From the NCBI GenBank assembly GCA_024694055.1, contig JAILKC010000071.1, positions 3,789 to 67,788 on the forward strand: DNA of 64,000 nt, in the 5' to 3' direction. Shown here piece after piece: positions 20,475-30,490 of this stretch. The DNA is from Lachnospiraceae bacterium (GTDB taxonomy: Bacteria; Bacillota; Clostridia; Lachnospirales; Lachnospiraceae). A program made the translations under genes and the position numbers. Below the pieces are notes generated by a model, which was given only the letters and a program-made list of their open reading frames with translations, was not told where the DNA came from and ran no database searches. The number at the start of each line of letters is the position of its first letter. The first letter of the stretch is position 1.

Positions 20475-21560
20475 TTGAGAGTTATGACAGATCAGGCAAT
20501 TTTATCAGCACCCGAAGAAGTAAAGGAGATGGATCTTACCGAGGCTGAACAGGAGAAGATCAAGGGATATGTCGACAAGATCGATATCAAGGACAGTCAG
20601 ATGGTTCTGCAGTACGGAGCAGGTATACAGAAACAGATTGCGGACTTTTCCGAAAGTGCGCTTTCCAGTGTTAAGACCAAGGATCTTGGTGAGATAGGTG
20701 ATATGTTATCGGGCGTTGTGACCGAACTTAGGGGATTCGATGCTACGGAGCAGGCCAAGGGTCTTAAGGGGCTTTTTAAGAAGAGTACCACTAAGGTGGC
20801 AGCTTTAAGAGCAAAGTATGATAAAGCAGAGAATAATATCAACGGTATCGTAAAGGCCATGGAGAATCATCAGGTTACACTGATGAAGGATGTTGCGATG
20901 CTTGATCAGATGTACGAGTCGAATCTTCAGTATTTTAAGGATCTTTCGTTGTATATCATAGCAGGTAAGGAGAAACTTAAGGAAGCAAGAGAGGTTGAAC
21001 TTCCGAAGCTTTTGGCAAAGGCAGAAGAGACAGGCCTACCTGAGGATGCGCAGGCAGCAAAGGATTATTCTTCCATGATCGACAGATTCGAGAAGAAGGT
21101 ATATGATCTTGAGCTTACACGTAACATCTCTATGCAGATGGCTCCGCAGATCAGACTTATTCAGTCCAATGATACTGTTATGTCAGAGAAGATACAGTCT
21201 ACTTTGCTTAATACCATTCCTCTTTGGAAGAGTCAGATGGTCATTGCCATAGGTCTTGAGCATTCACAGGATGCAGCCAAGGCTCAGAGAGAAGTGACAG
21301 ATGCTACCAATGAGCTTCTGAAGAAGAATGCGGCTGCACTTCAGATGGCTACCATAGATACAGCCAAGGAAAGTGAGAGAGGTATCGTGGATATCGAGAC
21401 TCTTACTCAGACCAATCAGACTCTTATCGACACTTTGGACGAAGTGCTTAAGATCCAGCAGGATGGTCGCAATAAGAGAGCCGAGGCTGAGAAGGAACTT
21501 GCACGTATAGAGGATCAGATGAGATCAAAAGTACTGGAAGTAAGCAGAGCTTCCAGATAA
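20475..21560 (+). CDS. Toxic anion resistance protein (TelA/YaaN family)
   Basis: QYGA..Q, QMAPQIRLIQ..., TIPLWK.Q and ERGIVDIETL motifs; coiled-coil character. RBS AGGAGG. Start is TTG 20475 or ATG 20484. Confidence 0.92.
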   Translation: MRVMTDQAILSAPEEVKEMDLTEAEQEKIKGYVDKIDIKDSQMVLQYGAGIQKQIADFSESALSSVKTKDLGEIGDMLSGVVTELRGFDATEQAKGLKGLFKKSTTKVAALRAKYDKAENNINGIVKAMENHQVTLMKDVAMLDQMYESNLQYFKDLSLYIIAGKEKLKEAREVELPKLLAKAEETGLPEDAQAAKDYSSMIDRFEKKVYDLELTRNISMQMAPQIRLIQSNDTVMSEKIQSTLLNTIPLWKSQMVIAIGLEHSQDAAKAQREVTDATNELLKKNAAALQMATIDTAKESERGIVDIETLTQTNQTLIDTLDEVLKIQQDGRNKRAEAEKELARIEDQMRSKVLEVSRASR

Positions 21561-21564
21561 TATA

Positions 21565-21585
21565 GTCGGGTGAGTTTTACCCGAC
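21565..21585 (+). terminator. Short GC-rich hairpin between telA and the MBOAT gene
   Basis: GTCGGGTGA-GTT-TTACCCGAC, with no U-tract on the + strand. Confidence 0.4.
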
Positions 21586-21601
21586 ATGGTGGATACAGGA
21601 T

Positions 21602-23065
21602 ATGGTTTATTCGGGACTGGCTTTTATATTTCATTTCTTTCCGATTTTTTTATTAACATACTACATAGTTAAGCCCAAGTACCGCTATATTGTTTTGTTG
21701 TTAGGCAGTTTGGCATTTTATGCTCTGGGCAGCCCTATATATATAGGACTGCTCATTATTTCGGTTGCGATCAATTATTTTATTGCATCAAGGATCAACC
21801 GAATATACAGGGAGAATGAGAAAGCTGAAAAGGCTGAAAAGGCTGAGAAAAATGAGAAGACTGAAAAGACTGATAAGCCACCAAAAGCAGCCAAAATATG
21901 GCTTATCGGAGCTTTGATCTATGATTTCGGAGTATTGTGCATATTCAAGTATCTGGATTTTATACTTAATGCGACTGACAGTATATTCCATACCGGTGTG
22001 ACCGGAATAGGACTTGCACTTCCGCTCGGAATCAGCTTTTATACCTTCCAGATCATATCGTTTATGATAGATACATACAGGCAAAATATCACCGGCAAAG
22101 TTAGTTTTTTACATTTTGCCGTATATGCCACCATGTTCCCGCAGATCACTTCGGGCCCTATCACGAGATTTGGAGAGATAGGAGATACCATAAGGGAAGG
22201 TTGGGGTGTAAGTACGAGATGCCTTGAACGCGGTATCATGTCATTCTGTCTGGGAATAGGCTATAAGGTTCTGCTTGCTGATAAGATCGCATCACTATGG
22301 AATGATGTATGGAGAGTAGGTGCGTACGGAATAGATGTTGCCACAGCATGGCTTGGAGCATGGAGTTATTCCATGCAGATATATTTCGACTTTTTGGGAT
22401 ATACTTTGATGGCTACGGGTGTGGGCTGGATGCTTGGATTCGAACTTCCGGACAACTTCACTGAGCCGTATTCATCAAAGACCATGACTTCGTTCTGGCG
22501 TAACTGGCATATCACACTCGGAAGGTGGTTTAGGGATTATCTTTATATCCCTCTTGGCGGCAATCGCTGCAGCAAGGGCAGGATGATATTGAATATGCTG
22601 GTTGTATGGCTGTGTACGGGCATATGGCATGGAGCAGGATATAATTTCATTCTGTGGGGACTTTTCCTTTTTGCGATACTTACGATAGAGAAGCTTACTT
22701 ATGGCAAATGGATGGAGAATACCAGAGTCATAGGCCATATATACATGATCATACTGATACCGATATCATGGACGATATTCAATATTGCGGATATGACACA
22801 GATGTCGGAATACTTCATGAGGATGCTTGGTATTCCTCTTGAGGGCATGGTGGTATTCGGATTTACCAAGTTTACAGAGCTTATGTATACATATTGGTGG
22901 CTGATACTTGTATGTATATTCTTCTGTACTCCGTATCCGATGAAGTTATTCAGAAGATTCAGGCGTAACATAGTTGTTAAAATACTGTTGTTGGCCATAT
23001 TCTGGTACAGTGTATATCAGTCGGCGATAAGCGGTGACAACCCGTTCATATACTTTAATTTCTAG
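21602..23065 (+). CDS. MBOAT family O-acyltransferase (AlgI/PatA/DltB-like)
   Basis: LPLGISFYTFQ, FPQI.SGPI.R, QIYFDF.GY, FWRNWHITLG.WFRDYLYIPLGG, G.WHGA and NPFIYFNF motifs. Confidence 0.95.
   Translation: MVYSGLAFIFHFFPIFLLTYYIVKPKYRYIVLLLGSLAFYALGSPIYIGLLIISVAINYFIASRINRIYRENEKAEKAEKAEKNEKTEKTDKPPKAAKIWLIGALIYDFGVLCIFKYLDFILNATDSIFHTGVTGIGLALPLGISFYTFQIISFMIDTYRQNITGKVSFLHFAVYATMFPQITSGPITRFGEIGDTIREGWGVSTRCLERGIMSFCLGIGYKVLLADKIASLWNDVWRVGAYGIDVATAWLGAWSYSMQIYFDFLGYTLMATGVGWMLGFELPDNFTEPYSSKTMTSFWRNWHITLGRWFRDYLYIPLGGNRCSKGRMILNMLVVWLCTGIWHGAGYNFILWGLFLFAILTIEKLTYGKWMENTRVIGHIYMIILIPISWTIFNIADMTQMSEYFMRMLGIPLEGMVVFGFTKFTELMYTYWWLILVCIFFCTPYPMKLFRRFRRNIVVKILLLAIFWYSVYQSAISGDNPFIYFNF
21812..21877 (+). 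repeat. Degenerate 9-bp in-frame tandem repeat encoding (EKx)n in the MBOAT gene
   Basis: GAGAATGAG AAAGCTGAA AAGGCTGAA AAGGCTGAG AAAAATGAG AAGACTGAA AAGACTGAT AAG encodes ENEKAEKAEKNEKTEKTDK. Confidence 0.8.
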
Positions 23066-23079
23066 ATACAGGCATATTA

Positions 23080-24153
23080 ATGAGTAATCGAAAGAAGAAG
23101 AGGAATAACAGCATAAATAAATGTCCGCTTTTTATCTGGGTTGCACTTACTGTTATCTGCGCTTTGATAATGGGTGTAGTTATGACGCAGGTAGAGGATT
23201 ATACATGGAAGCTTACGTGGGATCATCCTGTATTTGCTGCCGTGCTTTTGGATGAGAGAGATCCGGCACCCAAGCCTGAAGAGGAAGAACGGGTAGCAGT
23301 GATAGAGGAAGCGATACCTTCACCTGTGGTACCGACGCCTACACCTACTGAAGAACCTGCGGCAGAGGTGACTGAGGAAGAGCCTGAAGAAGAGCAGGAA
23401 CCGGAAGAAGAAAAACTTGTAAGCGATGAAGAGTACATGGAGTTGTACGGTGAGATCCCGTTCTATATTGATGACGGTGGCGCAGTGAAGTATGTCACAT
23501 GGAATGACAATGAGCCCAGATCAAAGTACTATGAGAATCCCGGAGTAAGACCCATTACATCGGAATACCCCTATCAGCACGTAGAACCCGATTACTATGC
23601 GGATGCGCTTTTTATTGGAGATTCAAGGATAGGCGGACTTGGAGTATATTCCGGTTGGAGTGAGGCGACATTCTGTTACAAGAACGGTCTCAGTATATAC
23701 AATATGATGGAGTCTACGGTCAACGCGGGTTATGGCCTAAACACCACTGTACCGGAAGTTTTGGCCGCAAGACAATACAACAAGATATATGTGATGTTTG
23801 GCATCAATGAGATCGGAACCGGTTATACATCGGATTTTGCTGAGAAATTCGGTGAGAATCTTGCGATCATCAGGACATATCAGCCGGATGCCAAGATCAT
23901 TATACTTGCCAATACCTATGTGACCAAAGAAAAGGACTTATCAAGTCCCATATATAACAATGACAATATCAATGCCAAAAATGCGGCCATAGCTGCATAT
24001 GCCAACGGCGAAGATATATTTTATTTTGATATGAATCCTGCACTTGTTGATGATGAAGGATATATGCGGGAAGAGATATCAAGAGACGGTATTCATATAA
24101 CCGCACAGTATTATTATCTGTGGGTAGATTGGATGAATGAGCATGGGCTATGA
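23080..24153 (+). CDS. Membrane-anchored SGNH/GDSL hydrolase-fold O-acetyltransferase/esterase (PatB-like)
   Basis: N-terminal TM, P/E-rich linker, FIGDSR (block I), FGINE (block III) and DGIH (block V). Confidence 0.85.
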   Translation: MSNRKKKRNNSINKCPLFIWVALTVICALIMGVVMTQVEDYTWKLTWDHPVFAAVLLDERDPAPKPEEEERVAVIEEAIPSPVVPTPTPTEEPAAEVTEEEPEEEQEPEEEKLVSDEEYMELYGEIPFYIDDGGAVKYVTWNDNEPRSKYYENPGVRPITSEYPYQHVEPDYYADALFIGDSRIGGLGVYSGWSEATFCYKNGLSIYNMMESTVNAGYGLNTTVPEVLAARQYNKIYVMFGINEIGTGYTSDFAEKFGENLAIIRTYQPDAKIIILANTYVTKEKDLSSPIYNNDNINAKNAAIAAYANGEDIFYFDMNPALVDDEGYMREEISRDGIHITAQYYYLWVDWMNEHGL

Positions 24154-25600
24154 GGATCTTGACAATATAGATACGCCTATTAAGCGTTATATATACCTCA
24201 GGGAAAAATACGATACCTTTGTCTACAGAGGATATCGTATTGCTTTTATGCCCGAAAGTTATCATGTTGAGTACGATTTTGAAATAGAAGGTCTTTCCGA
24301 ATTCACGGCCAAATGGGATTTCCCCGTATTTTCATCAAAGGAAGACATAGATGATTCTGCTTTTGGCAGGCTGCTGTTCCAACTTGGAATGGTGGAGGCC
24401 ATAAGCTATTATAAGATCACATGTCCGAGACATTTTAAAGTTATGCTGTCAGATGATATGGCAGAATACGCCCTTACACAGGATCAGTGTCTGTGGTGGC
24501 GAAAGCTTTTGTACTGTGGCCTTGGAGAATTCATGTACCGCAATGGGATCGATGTAAAAGAAGAAGAGCTGGTTGACATAACATGCGCAACCGACGATGG
24601 TTCTGTCGAGTCCGGGACGAAGAGATCAGGGATTGATAGCGGTAAGACTGCGGCTGTCAAGCCATATCACGACAGTCGTTCGTATGCCGGATGTCTGGTG
24701 CCCGTAGGAGGCGGTAAAGATTCGGTTGTAAGCCTTGAACTGCTAAAAGATATGGACGTTATCACATACAGTGTCAATGGTAACGAGACCACGCGTAATG
24801 TCATAGATATATGTGATCACAAAAAAGGAGATTATGTTGCACGCCGTGTTCTTGACAAACGTATGCTTGAACTTAATGCACTCGGTTATCTGAACGGTCA
24901 TACGCCTTTTTCTGCGATAGTCGCATTTTCTTCCGTGATCGCGGCATATATTACGGGAAGAAAATATATCACTTTGTCCAATGAATCAAGTGCAAATGAA
25001 TCTACGGTTAAGGATTCATTTGTCAATCATCAATATTCAAAGAGCTATGAATTTGAGCGTGATTTCAATGCATATATTAAAGATATCACGGACTCAGATA
25101 TACATTATTTCAGCCTTTTGAGACCTCTTACCGAATTGCAGATCGCGGCCGTTTTTTCAAAAGCGAAAAAATATCATAAGGCTTTCAGGAGCTGTAATGT
25201 AGGAAGCAAAAAAGGCATATGGTGCTGTAACTGCCCGAAGTGTCTTTTTGTATATATCATTTTGTCTCCTTTTTTATCGGATGACGAACTTACTGCCATA
25301 TTTGGAGAGAGACTTCTTGATAAAGAAAGTCTTGATAAGGATTTTAAAGAGCTTATTGGCATAGATGAGAATAAGCCTTTTGAATGTGTGGGTACGAGAC
25401 GTGAAGTGGCTGTGGCCATGAAATATTACAGGGCAAGAGGCGGCAGAAGTCTTCTGACGGACAGATATTCGCATTTTATTGACATGCAGACCGGCAATGT
25501 TAAAGACATGCTTACGGAATGGACTGATGAACACATGGTTCCGGCCGAACTGGCTAATAGAGTGCGTACTGCTGTAGATTCTGTGGAGATACTTAAGTGA
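24137..25600 (+). CDS. murL: UDP-MurNAc-L-Ala-L-Glu epimerase MurL
   Basis: SYYK, GLGEF.YRN, PP-loop-like VPVGGGKDS, LNGHTPFSA, SNESSA, NHQYSKS, WCCNCPKC and KPFECVG motifs. Directly followed by a MurD-like gene. Confidence 0.85.
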   Translation: MSMGYEDLDNIDTPIKRYIYLREKYDTFVYRGYRIAFMPESYHVEYDFEIEGLSEFTAKWDFPVFSSKEDIDDSAFGRLLFQLGMVEAISYYKITCPRHFKVMLSDDMAEYALTQDQCLWWRKLLYCGLGEFMYRNGIDVKEEELVDITCATDDGSVESGTKRSGIDSGKTAAVKPYHDSRSYAGCLVPVGGGKDSVVSLELLKDMDVITYSVNGNETTRNVIDICDHKKGDYVARRVLDKRMLELNALGYLNGHTPFSAIVAFSSVIAAYITGRKYITLSNESSANESTVKDSFVNHQYSKSYEFERDFNAYIKDITDSDIHYFSLLRPLTELQIAAVFSKAKKYHKAFRSCNVGSKKGIWCCNCPKCLFVYIILSPFLSDDELTAIFGERLLDKESLDKDFKELIGIDENKPFECVGTRREVAVAMKYYRARGGRSLLTDRYSHFIDMQTGNVKDMLTEWTDEHMVPAELANRVRTAVDSVEILK

Positions 25601-26787
25601 CCGTAAAAGAGTTGGATGGTAAGAAAATACTCATATGGGGATATGGAAGAGAGGGAAAGTCTACCGAACAATTCCTTAAGAAAAACGTTCCTTCGGCTGA
25701 TATAGATATATACGAGGGAGATCTTAAAGGAATTGACAGAGACGCATATGATCTTATCTTTAAAAGTCCCGGTATACGTATGGATGAAGCGGATCCGCGT
25801 TTTACCTCACAGACGGAGGTCTTTTTGCAGGCGTACAGAGATCAGACCATAGGTATCACTGGCACAAAGGGAAAGAGTACCACCAGTACATTTCTCTATA
25901 CCGTGCTTAAGGAGTGTCTGGACAGACCAGTAATATTACTTGGCAATATCGGTATTCCCTGTCTTGATCATTACGACGAGGTTACACCTGACACGATCAT
26001 AGTCTTTGAGATGAGTGCGCATCAGCTTAAGGATGTTAATGTATCGCCCCATATAGCAGTATTTCTCAATCTGTATGAGGAGCATCTGGATTATTACGAT
26101 ACAATGGACAGGTACTTTACTGCAAAATCCCATATAGCTTCTTATCAGCAAAAAGGTGATATTCTGTATATAGGAGAGAATGTACCGAATATAGATACGC
26201 AAGCTGACACATGTGTCATGTCATATGACGGTGAATATGATTATGATCTTTTGATCCCCGGCACACATAACAGATATAATGCAGAGATAGTATTTAGGAT
26301 AGCCACTATGCAATATGGATGTGATCCGAACAGGGTAAGAGAGATCCTGTCGCGCACCCGCGGGCTTCCACACAGACTTGAATATGTATGCAAAAAAGGT
26401 GACATCTCTTTTTACGATGATTCCATATCTACTATTCCCGAGGCTGCGATAACCGCTCTTGAGAGCATTCCTGAGGCAAGGACTGTTTTGATAGGAGGAA
26501 TGGACAGAGGGATCGATTACTCGAAACTTACCGAGTATATGCGGGTGCACGATGAATACAACTTTGTATGTATGTACGCATCCGGTCTGAGGATATATGA
26601 CAGTGAAGGGATAGCAGCGCTTCCGTATGTATATTATGAAGAAGATATGGAAGCAGCATTAAAAAGGGCGATTGATGTCACTGAAAAAGGAGCTGTGGTG
26701 TTATCACCTGCAGCAGCTTCATATGATCACTTCAAGAATTTCGAGGAGCGCGGCGATTGCTTCAGAAAGATGATTATGGTACTATAA
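25597..26787 (+). CDS. murD: UDP-MurNAc-L-Ala--glutamate ligase (MurD2-type, probably L-Glu-specific)
   Basis: G.GREG.S, KSPGI, GITGTKGKSTT, GNIG.P, EHLDY, LPHRLE, DDSIST, GG.DRG and LSPAAASYD.FKNFEERG motifs. GTGA overlap with murL. Confidence 0.92.
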   Translation: MTVKELDGKKILIWGYGREGKSTEQFLKKNVPSADIDIYEGDLKGIDRDAYDLIFKSPGIRMDEADPRFTSQTEVFLQAYRDQTIGITGTKGKSTTSTFLYTVLKECLDRPVILLGNIGIPCLDHYDEVTPDTIIVFEMSAHQLKDVNVSPHIAVFLNLYEEHLDYYDTMDRYFTAKSHIASYQQKGDILYIGENVPNIDTQADTCVMSYDGEYDYDLLIPGTHNRYNAEIVFRIATMQYGCDPNRVREILSRTRGLPHRLEYVCKKGDISFYDDSISTIPEAAITALESIPEARTVLIGGMDRGIDYSKLTEYMRVHDEYNFVCMYASGLRIYDSEGIAALPYVYYEEDMEAALKRAIDVTEKGAVVLSPAAASYDHFKNFEERGDCFRKMIMVL

Positions 26788-26829
26788 GATACAGGGGATT
26801 AAAGAGTCGGATTTCAGAAGGAGACAGAC

Positions 26830-27678
26830 GTGAAGAAGATCATTATTACAGGTTGTAACGGACAGCTGGGAAGAGAACTTAACAGATTCTATGCCGACAA
26901 GAGAGGACTTGAATTCATCAATACCGATGTCGGGGAACTTGACATCACAGATATAGATGCGGTCATGGAATTGGCTAACGGAGAGAAGCCCTATGCGATC
27001 ATCAACTGTGCCGCATATACCGCCGTTGATGCCTGTGAAGAGAATAAGGATGTGGCATTTAAGGTCAATACACTTGGGGCAAGGAATCTTGCCATTGCTG
27101 CGGAGAGCGTGGATGCCAGACTTGTTCATATATCTACGGATTACATATTTGATGGGACCAAATCCACTCCTTATATGGAATACGACATTCCCAATCCCAA
27201 GACAGTATACGGTATCACCAAGAGCAGAGCGGAAGATTTTGTGAGACAGTTCTCACGCAAGTATTTTATCCTGCGTACGGCATGGCTGTATGGTGACGGT
27301 AAGAACTTTGTCAAGACCATGCTTCGTCTGGCTGAGGATCATAGGGAGGTTCGTGTGGTCAGTGATCAGTTCGGTACACCTACCTCGGCAGCAGAACTTG
27401 TTAAAGCTATAGACAGTATCATATTTACGAACAACTACGGAACCTATCATGCTACATGTGCAGGAAGATGTTCGTGGGCAGATTTTGCGGAAGAGATATT
27501 CCGCCTGGCAGGCAAGGACGTCAAGGTGATCAGGGTAAGTACTGATGAATATGGAGTTGCCACTCCCAGACCGCTTAATTCCGTACTGGACAATTATATG
27601 CTTCGTATGATAGGGGCATATGAATTTATTGACTGGCATGATGCGTTGGCCGCATACATGAAGGAACTGGGATATTAG
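26830..27678 (+). CDS. rfbD: dTDP-4-dehydrorhamnose reductase
   Basis: ITGCNGQLG, NCAAYTAVD, ISTDYIFDG, YGITK and DQFGTPT motifs. GTG start with RBS AAGGAG. Confidence 0.95.
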   Translation: MKKIIITGCNGQLGRELNRFYADKRGLEFINTDVGELDITDIDAVMELANGEKPYAIINCAAYTAVDACEENKDVAFKVNTLGARNLAIAAESVDARLVHISTDYIFDGTKSTPYMEYDIPNPKTVYGITKSRAEDFVRQFSRKYFILRTAWLYGDGKNFVKTMLRLAEDHREVRVVSDQFGTPTSAAELVKAIDSIIFTNNYGTYHATCAGRCSWADFAEEIFRLAGKDVKVIRVSTDEYGVATPRPLNSVLDNYMLRMIGAYEFIDWHDALAAYMKELGY

Positions 27679-27708
27679 GACAGATCGGATCATCCTTAAG
27701 AGACAGAT

Positions 27709-29304
27709 ATGAGGGAACACGGATCACGTAATACATTTGTATACAGGGCTGTTTTGACAGCTGTCATAATGCTGCAAGTAATTGCAGCATTTTATTTCTG
27801 TGCGCGTAAGCAGGGTTTTCACTATGACGAATACTATTCATATTATTCCTCCAATGTGAGCAGCGGACTTGCTCCGTCAGACTGTGAATGGATGAACAGA
27901 GATGACATCATGGACGAATTCATGGTCATAAAAGGTGAAGGATTCAATTACGGCATGGTCAGAATTATGCAGACTTATGATGTGCATCCGCCGGTATACT
28001 ACTATGTTCTTCATACAGTATGTTCATTGACGCCGGGAGTCTTTTCCAAGTGGCAGGGTCTTGCAGTCAATCTGATCTTTTATGTTATGGGAATAGTCAT
28101 GCTGTGGATGATAGCTGACATTGTCTCGCGTGGTGACAAAAAGGCAGATGTTTTCACAGTGGCGCTGTTTGGCTTTTCGCCTGCGATCATAAGCGGGGTT
28201 GTGTTCATACGTATGTATGTCATGCTCACCTTTATGTGTCAGCTTTATATCTATATTCACCTGCGGGCGATCAGAGATAAGAGGTTTGATATTAAGCACT
28301 TTGACATTCCTGTTTTTATCCTTACATTCATTACAGCGGGAATACATTATTACGGAATAGTATTCATGTTCTTTGTGGCTTTATATATGTTCTTCCATCT
28401 TCTTATCGATTCTTCGACCAGGAAGAAGGCATTTACATATGCGGTATCCGTGTTTTTGGGACTTGCAGCATTCTTATTATCATATCCGGCAGCTGCCGGA
28501 CATATACTTCACAGTTACAGAGGCACGGAAGCGCAGGCAGCGTTTTTTGATATTCAAAATATGGCAGACAGAGCTGGACTGTTTGTTGGTATGTTGAATG
28601 AATACCTGCTTCACGGATCATTTTATATTCTTATATTGGTGGTTTTGCTGATATATGCAACGGGAAGATACAGAAGGACAATTGAGCACACACCGAGAGA
28701 TCATGAGAATTATATGTTGCGCCTTATATGTGTGACAGCATTTGGATATTTCTTTGTGGTGTATAAGACTGCATTGACCAACGCTGAAGAAGCGGTCAGA
28801 TATGAAATGCCGGTATATGGATTGATAATCTTTTTGACTGTTTATGCCATAATGGCTTGCAGGATAGAGATGTCGGAAGCAATCGGGCGTATAATATACC
28901 CAGCAAAAGTGACACTTCTGTCAGTTGCAGTAATCCTGCAACTTGTTGCCCTGTATCAGAGTAAGGTAGTATTCCTTTATGAACAGGACAAAACTTCGTA
29001 TGAGTGGGCTGAAAGCCACAGTGATGACACGATAGTGTATATATATAATCCGAACAATCAGTGGATGATATGGGATGATTCCATGGAGCTGATGCAGTAT
29101 GAACGTATATTTTTCGTAAGTATGGACGGTGAAGAAAAGATTACGGATACTGACATAACGGGAGCATCACATATGTATGTGTATACCGTGAGGGGCGATG
29201 TGGCCATGGACAGATTAAATGATATCATGGAAGCTGACGGCAATGATCACAATGCCGAAAAAGTGAGGGAATTGCAATATGTCGACATCTACGAGATCAG
29301 ATAA
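27709..29304 (+). CDS. Polytopic membrane protein, GT-C/GT39-like glycosyltransferase
   Basis: First-loop DEYYSY, DVHPPVYY, RMY and HYY motifs; about 10 TM helices. Confidence 0.7.
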   Translation: MREHGSRNTFVYRAVLTAVIMLQVIAAFYFCARKQGFHYDEYYSYYSSNVSSGLAPSDCEWMNRDDIMDEFMVIKGEGFNYGMVRIMQTYDVHPPVYYYVLHTVCSLTPGVFSKWQGLAVNLIFYVMGIVMLWMIADIVSRGDKKADVFTVALFGFSPAIISGVVFIRMYVMLTFMCQLYIYIHLRAIRDKRFDIKHFDIPVFILTFITAGIHYYGIVFMFFVALYMFFHLLIDSSTRKKAFTYAVSVFLGLAAFLLSYPAAAGHILHSYRGTEAQAAFFDIQNMADRAGLFVGMLNEYLLHGSFYILILVVLLIYATGRYRRTIEHTPRDHENYMLRLICVTAFGYFFVVYKTALTNAEEAVRYEMPVYGLIIFLTVYAIMACRIEMSEAIGRIIYPAKVTLLSVAVILQLVALYQSKVVFLYEQDKTSYEWAESHSDDTIVYIYNPNNQWMIWDDSMELMQYERIFFVSMDGEEKITDTDITGASHMYVYTVRGDVAMDRLNDIMEADGNDHNAEKVRELQYVDIYEIR

Positions 29305-30430
29305 ACTTAGAATAGCTATGCTTGGTCATAAGAGGATACCTTCGAGAGAGGGTGGAATTGAGGTGGTAGTGGACAGGCTCGCTACCGGAATGGCAAGACT
29401 CGGACACAGAGTTACATGCTATAACAGAGGCGGCCATCATGTAAGCGGTGCGGAATTTGACAAGGACCTCTATGATGGACCTGACAGATACAAGGGCGTT
29501 ATTCTTAAGAAAGCATGGACCATAGATGCAAAAGGACTTGCGGCAGTATCATCTTCTGTCTTTGCCAGCATAGCTGCAGCATTCGGCCCATATGACGTCG
29601 TGCATGTACATGCGGAAGGACCATGCCTTATGTGCGGATTTATCAAGTTCATGGGTAAGAGAGTGATAGTAACGGTACATGGACTTGATCATAGACGGGA
29701 AAAATGGGGGCGTTTTGCTTCCTGGTATATCATGCAGGGCGAACGAGCCGCGGTGAAGCATGCGGATGAGATCATAGTCTTAAGCAAGGCAGTTCAGGAT
29801 TACTTTATGGAACTGTATGGCAGAAGAACTGTATTTATACCTAACGGAGTGGATGCAGTCAAGCCGTTGGATGCAGATATCATCACAGACAAATGGGGCC
29901 TTAAGAAGGATGAGTATATCCTTTTTCTCGGGCGTATCGTACCTGAGAAAGGTGCGCATTATCTAATAGAGGCTTATCGTGGTCTTGGTACTGATAAGAA
30001 GCTTGTGATAGCAGGCGGAGCCTCTGATTCGGATGAGTACTATGATAAGTTAAAAGGGGCCGCCGGGGAAGATAAGAACATCATATTTACAGGTTTTGTG
30101 CAGGGAGAAGCACTTGAAGAACTCTACAGTAATGCATATATATACTGTCTTCCCAGTGATCTTGAGGGCATGCCTTTAAGCCTTTTGGAGGCGATGAGTT
30201 ACGGCAATGCCTGTCTGACTTCCGATATTCCCGAGTGCGCGGATGTCATTGCGGATAAAGGCGAGACATTTAAAAAGGGCGATGTCTCGGACTTAAGAGC
30301 AAAGCTTGTCATACTCATAGATGATCCTTCTGCAGTTGATGCTCTCAAAGCGCAGGCTGCCACATATATTACCGGCAAGTACAGTTGGGATGATTCCATC
30401 CGTAAGACCCTTGAATTGTATCGGGAGTAA
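29279..30430 (+). CDS. Glycosyltransferase family 4
   Basis: GHKRIPSREGGIE, FLGRIVPEKG and EGMPLSLLEAM (EX7E) motifs. Confidence 0.93.
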   Translation: MSTSTRSDKLRIAMLGHKRIPSREGGIEVVVDRLATGMARLGHRVTCYNRGGHHVSGAEFDKDLYDGPDRYKGVILKKAWTIDAKGLAAVSSSVFASIAAAFGPYDVVHVHAEGPCLMCGFIKFMGKRVIVTVHGLDHRREKWGRFASWYIMQGERAAVKHADEIIVLSKAVQDYFMELYGRRTVFIPNGVDAVKPLDADIITDKWGLKKDEYILFLGRIVPEKGAHYLIEAYRGLGTDKKLVIAGGASDSDEYYDKLKGAAGEDKNIIFTGFVQGEALEELYSNAYIYCLPSDLEGMPLSLLEAMSYGNACLTSDIPECADVIADKGETFKKGDVSDLRAKLVILIDDPSAVDALKAQAATYITGKYSWDDSIRKTLELYRE

Positions 30431-30461
30431 ATATGGCGAATGAGGATAACAGGGCTGTTTC

Positions 30462-30490
30462 TTGCGGTTTTAAGGCAAGTAGTGTATACT
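30462..30490 (+). promoter_or_regulatory. Putative SigA promoter for gmd
   Basis: TTGCGG (30462-30467), 17 nt, TATACT (30485-30490). Confidence 0.55.

Noticed and set aside
9717-21560. mutS2, two-component system, DUF1846, ftsH and xpaC/telA as one system
   Set aside because: They look like ordinary conserved core genes with separate promoters. Nothing in the sequence links them functionally to the flanking modules.
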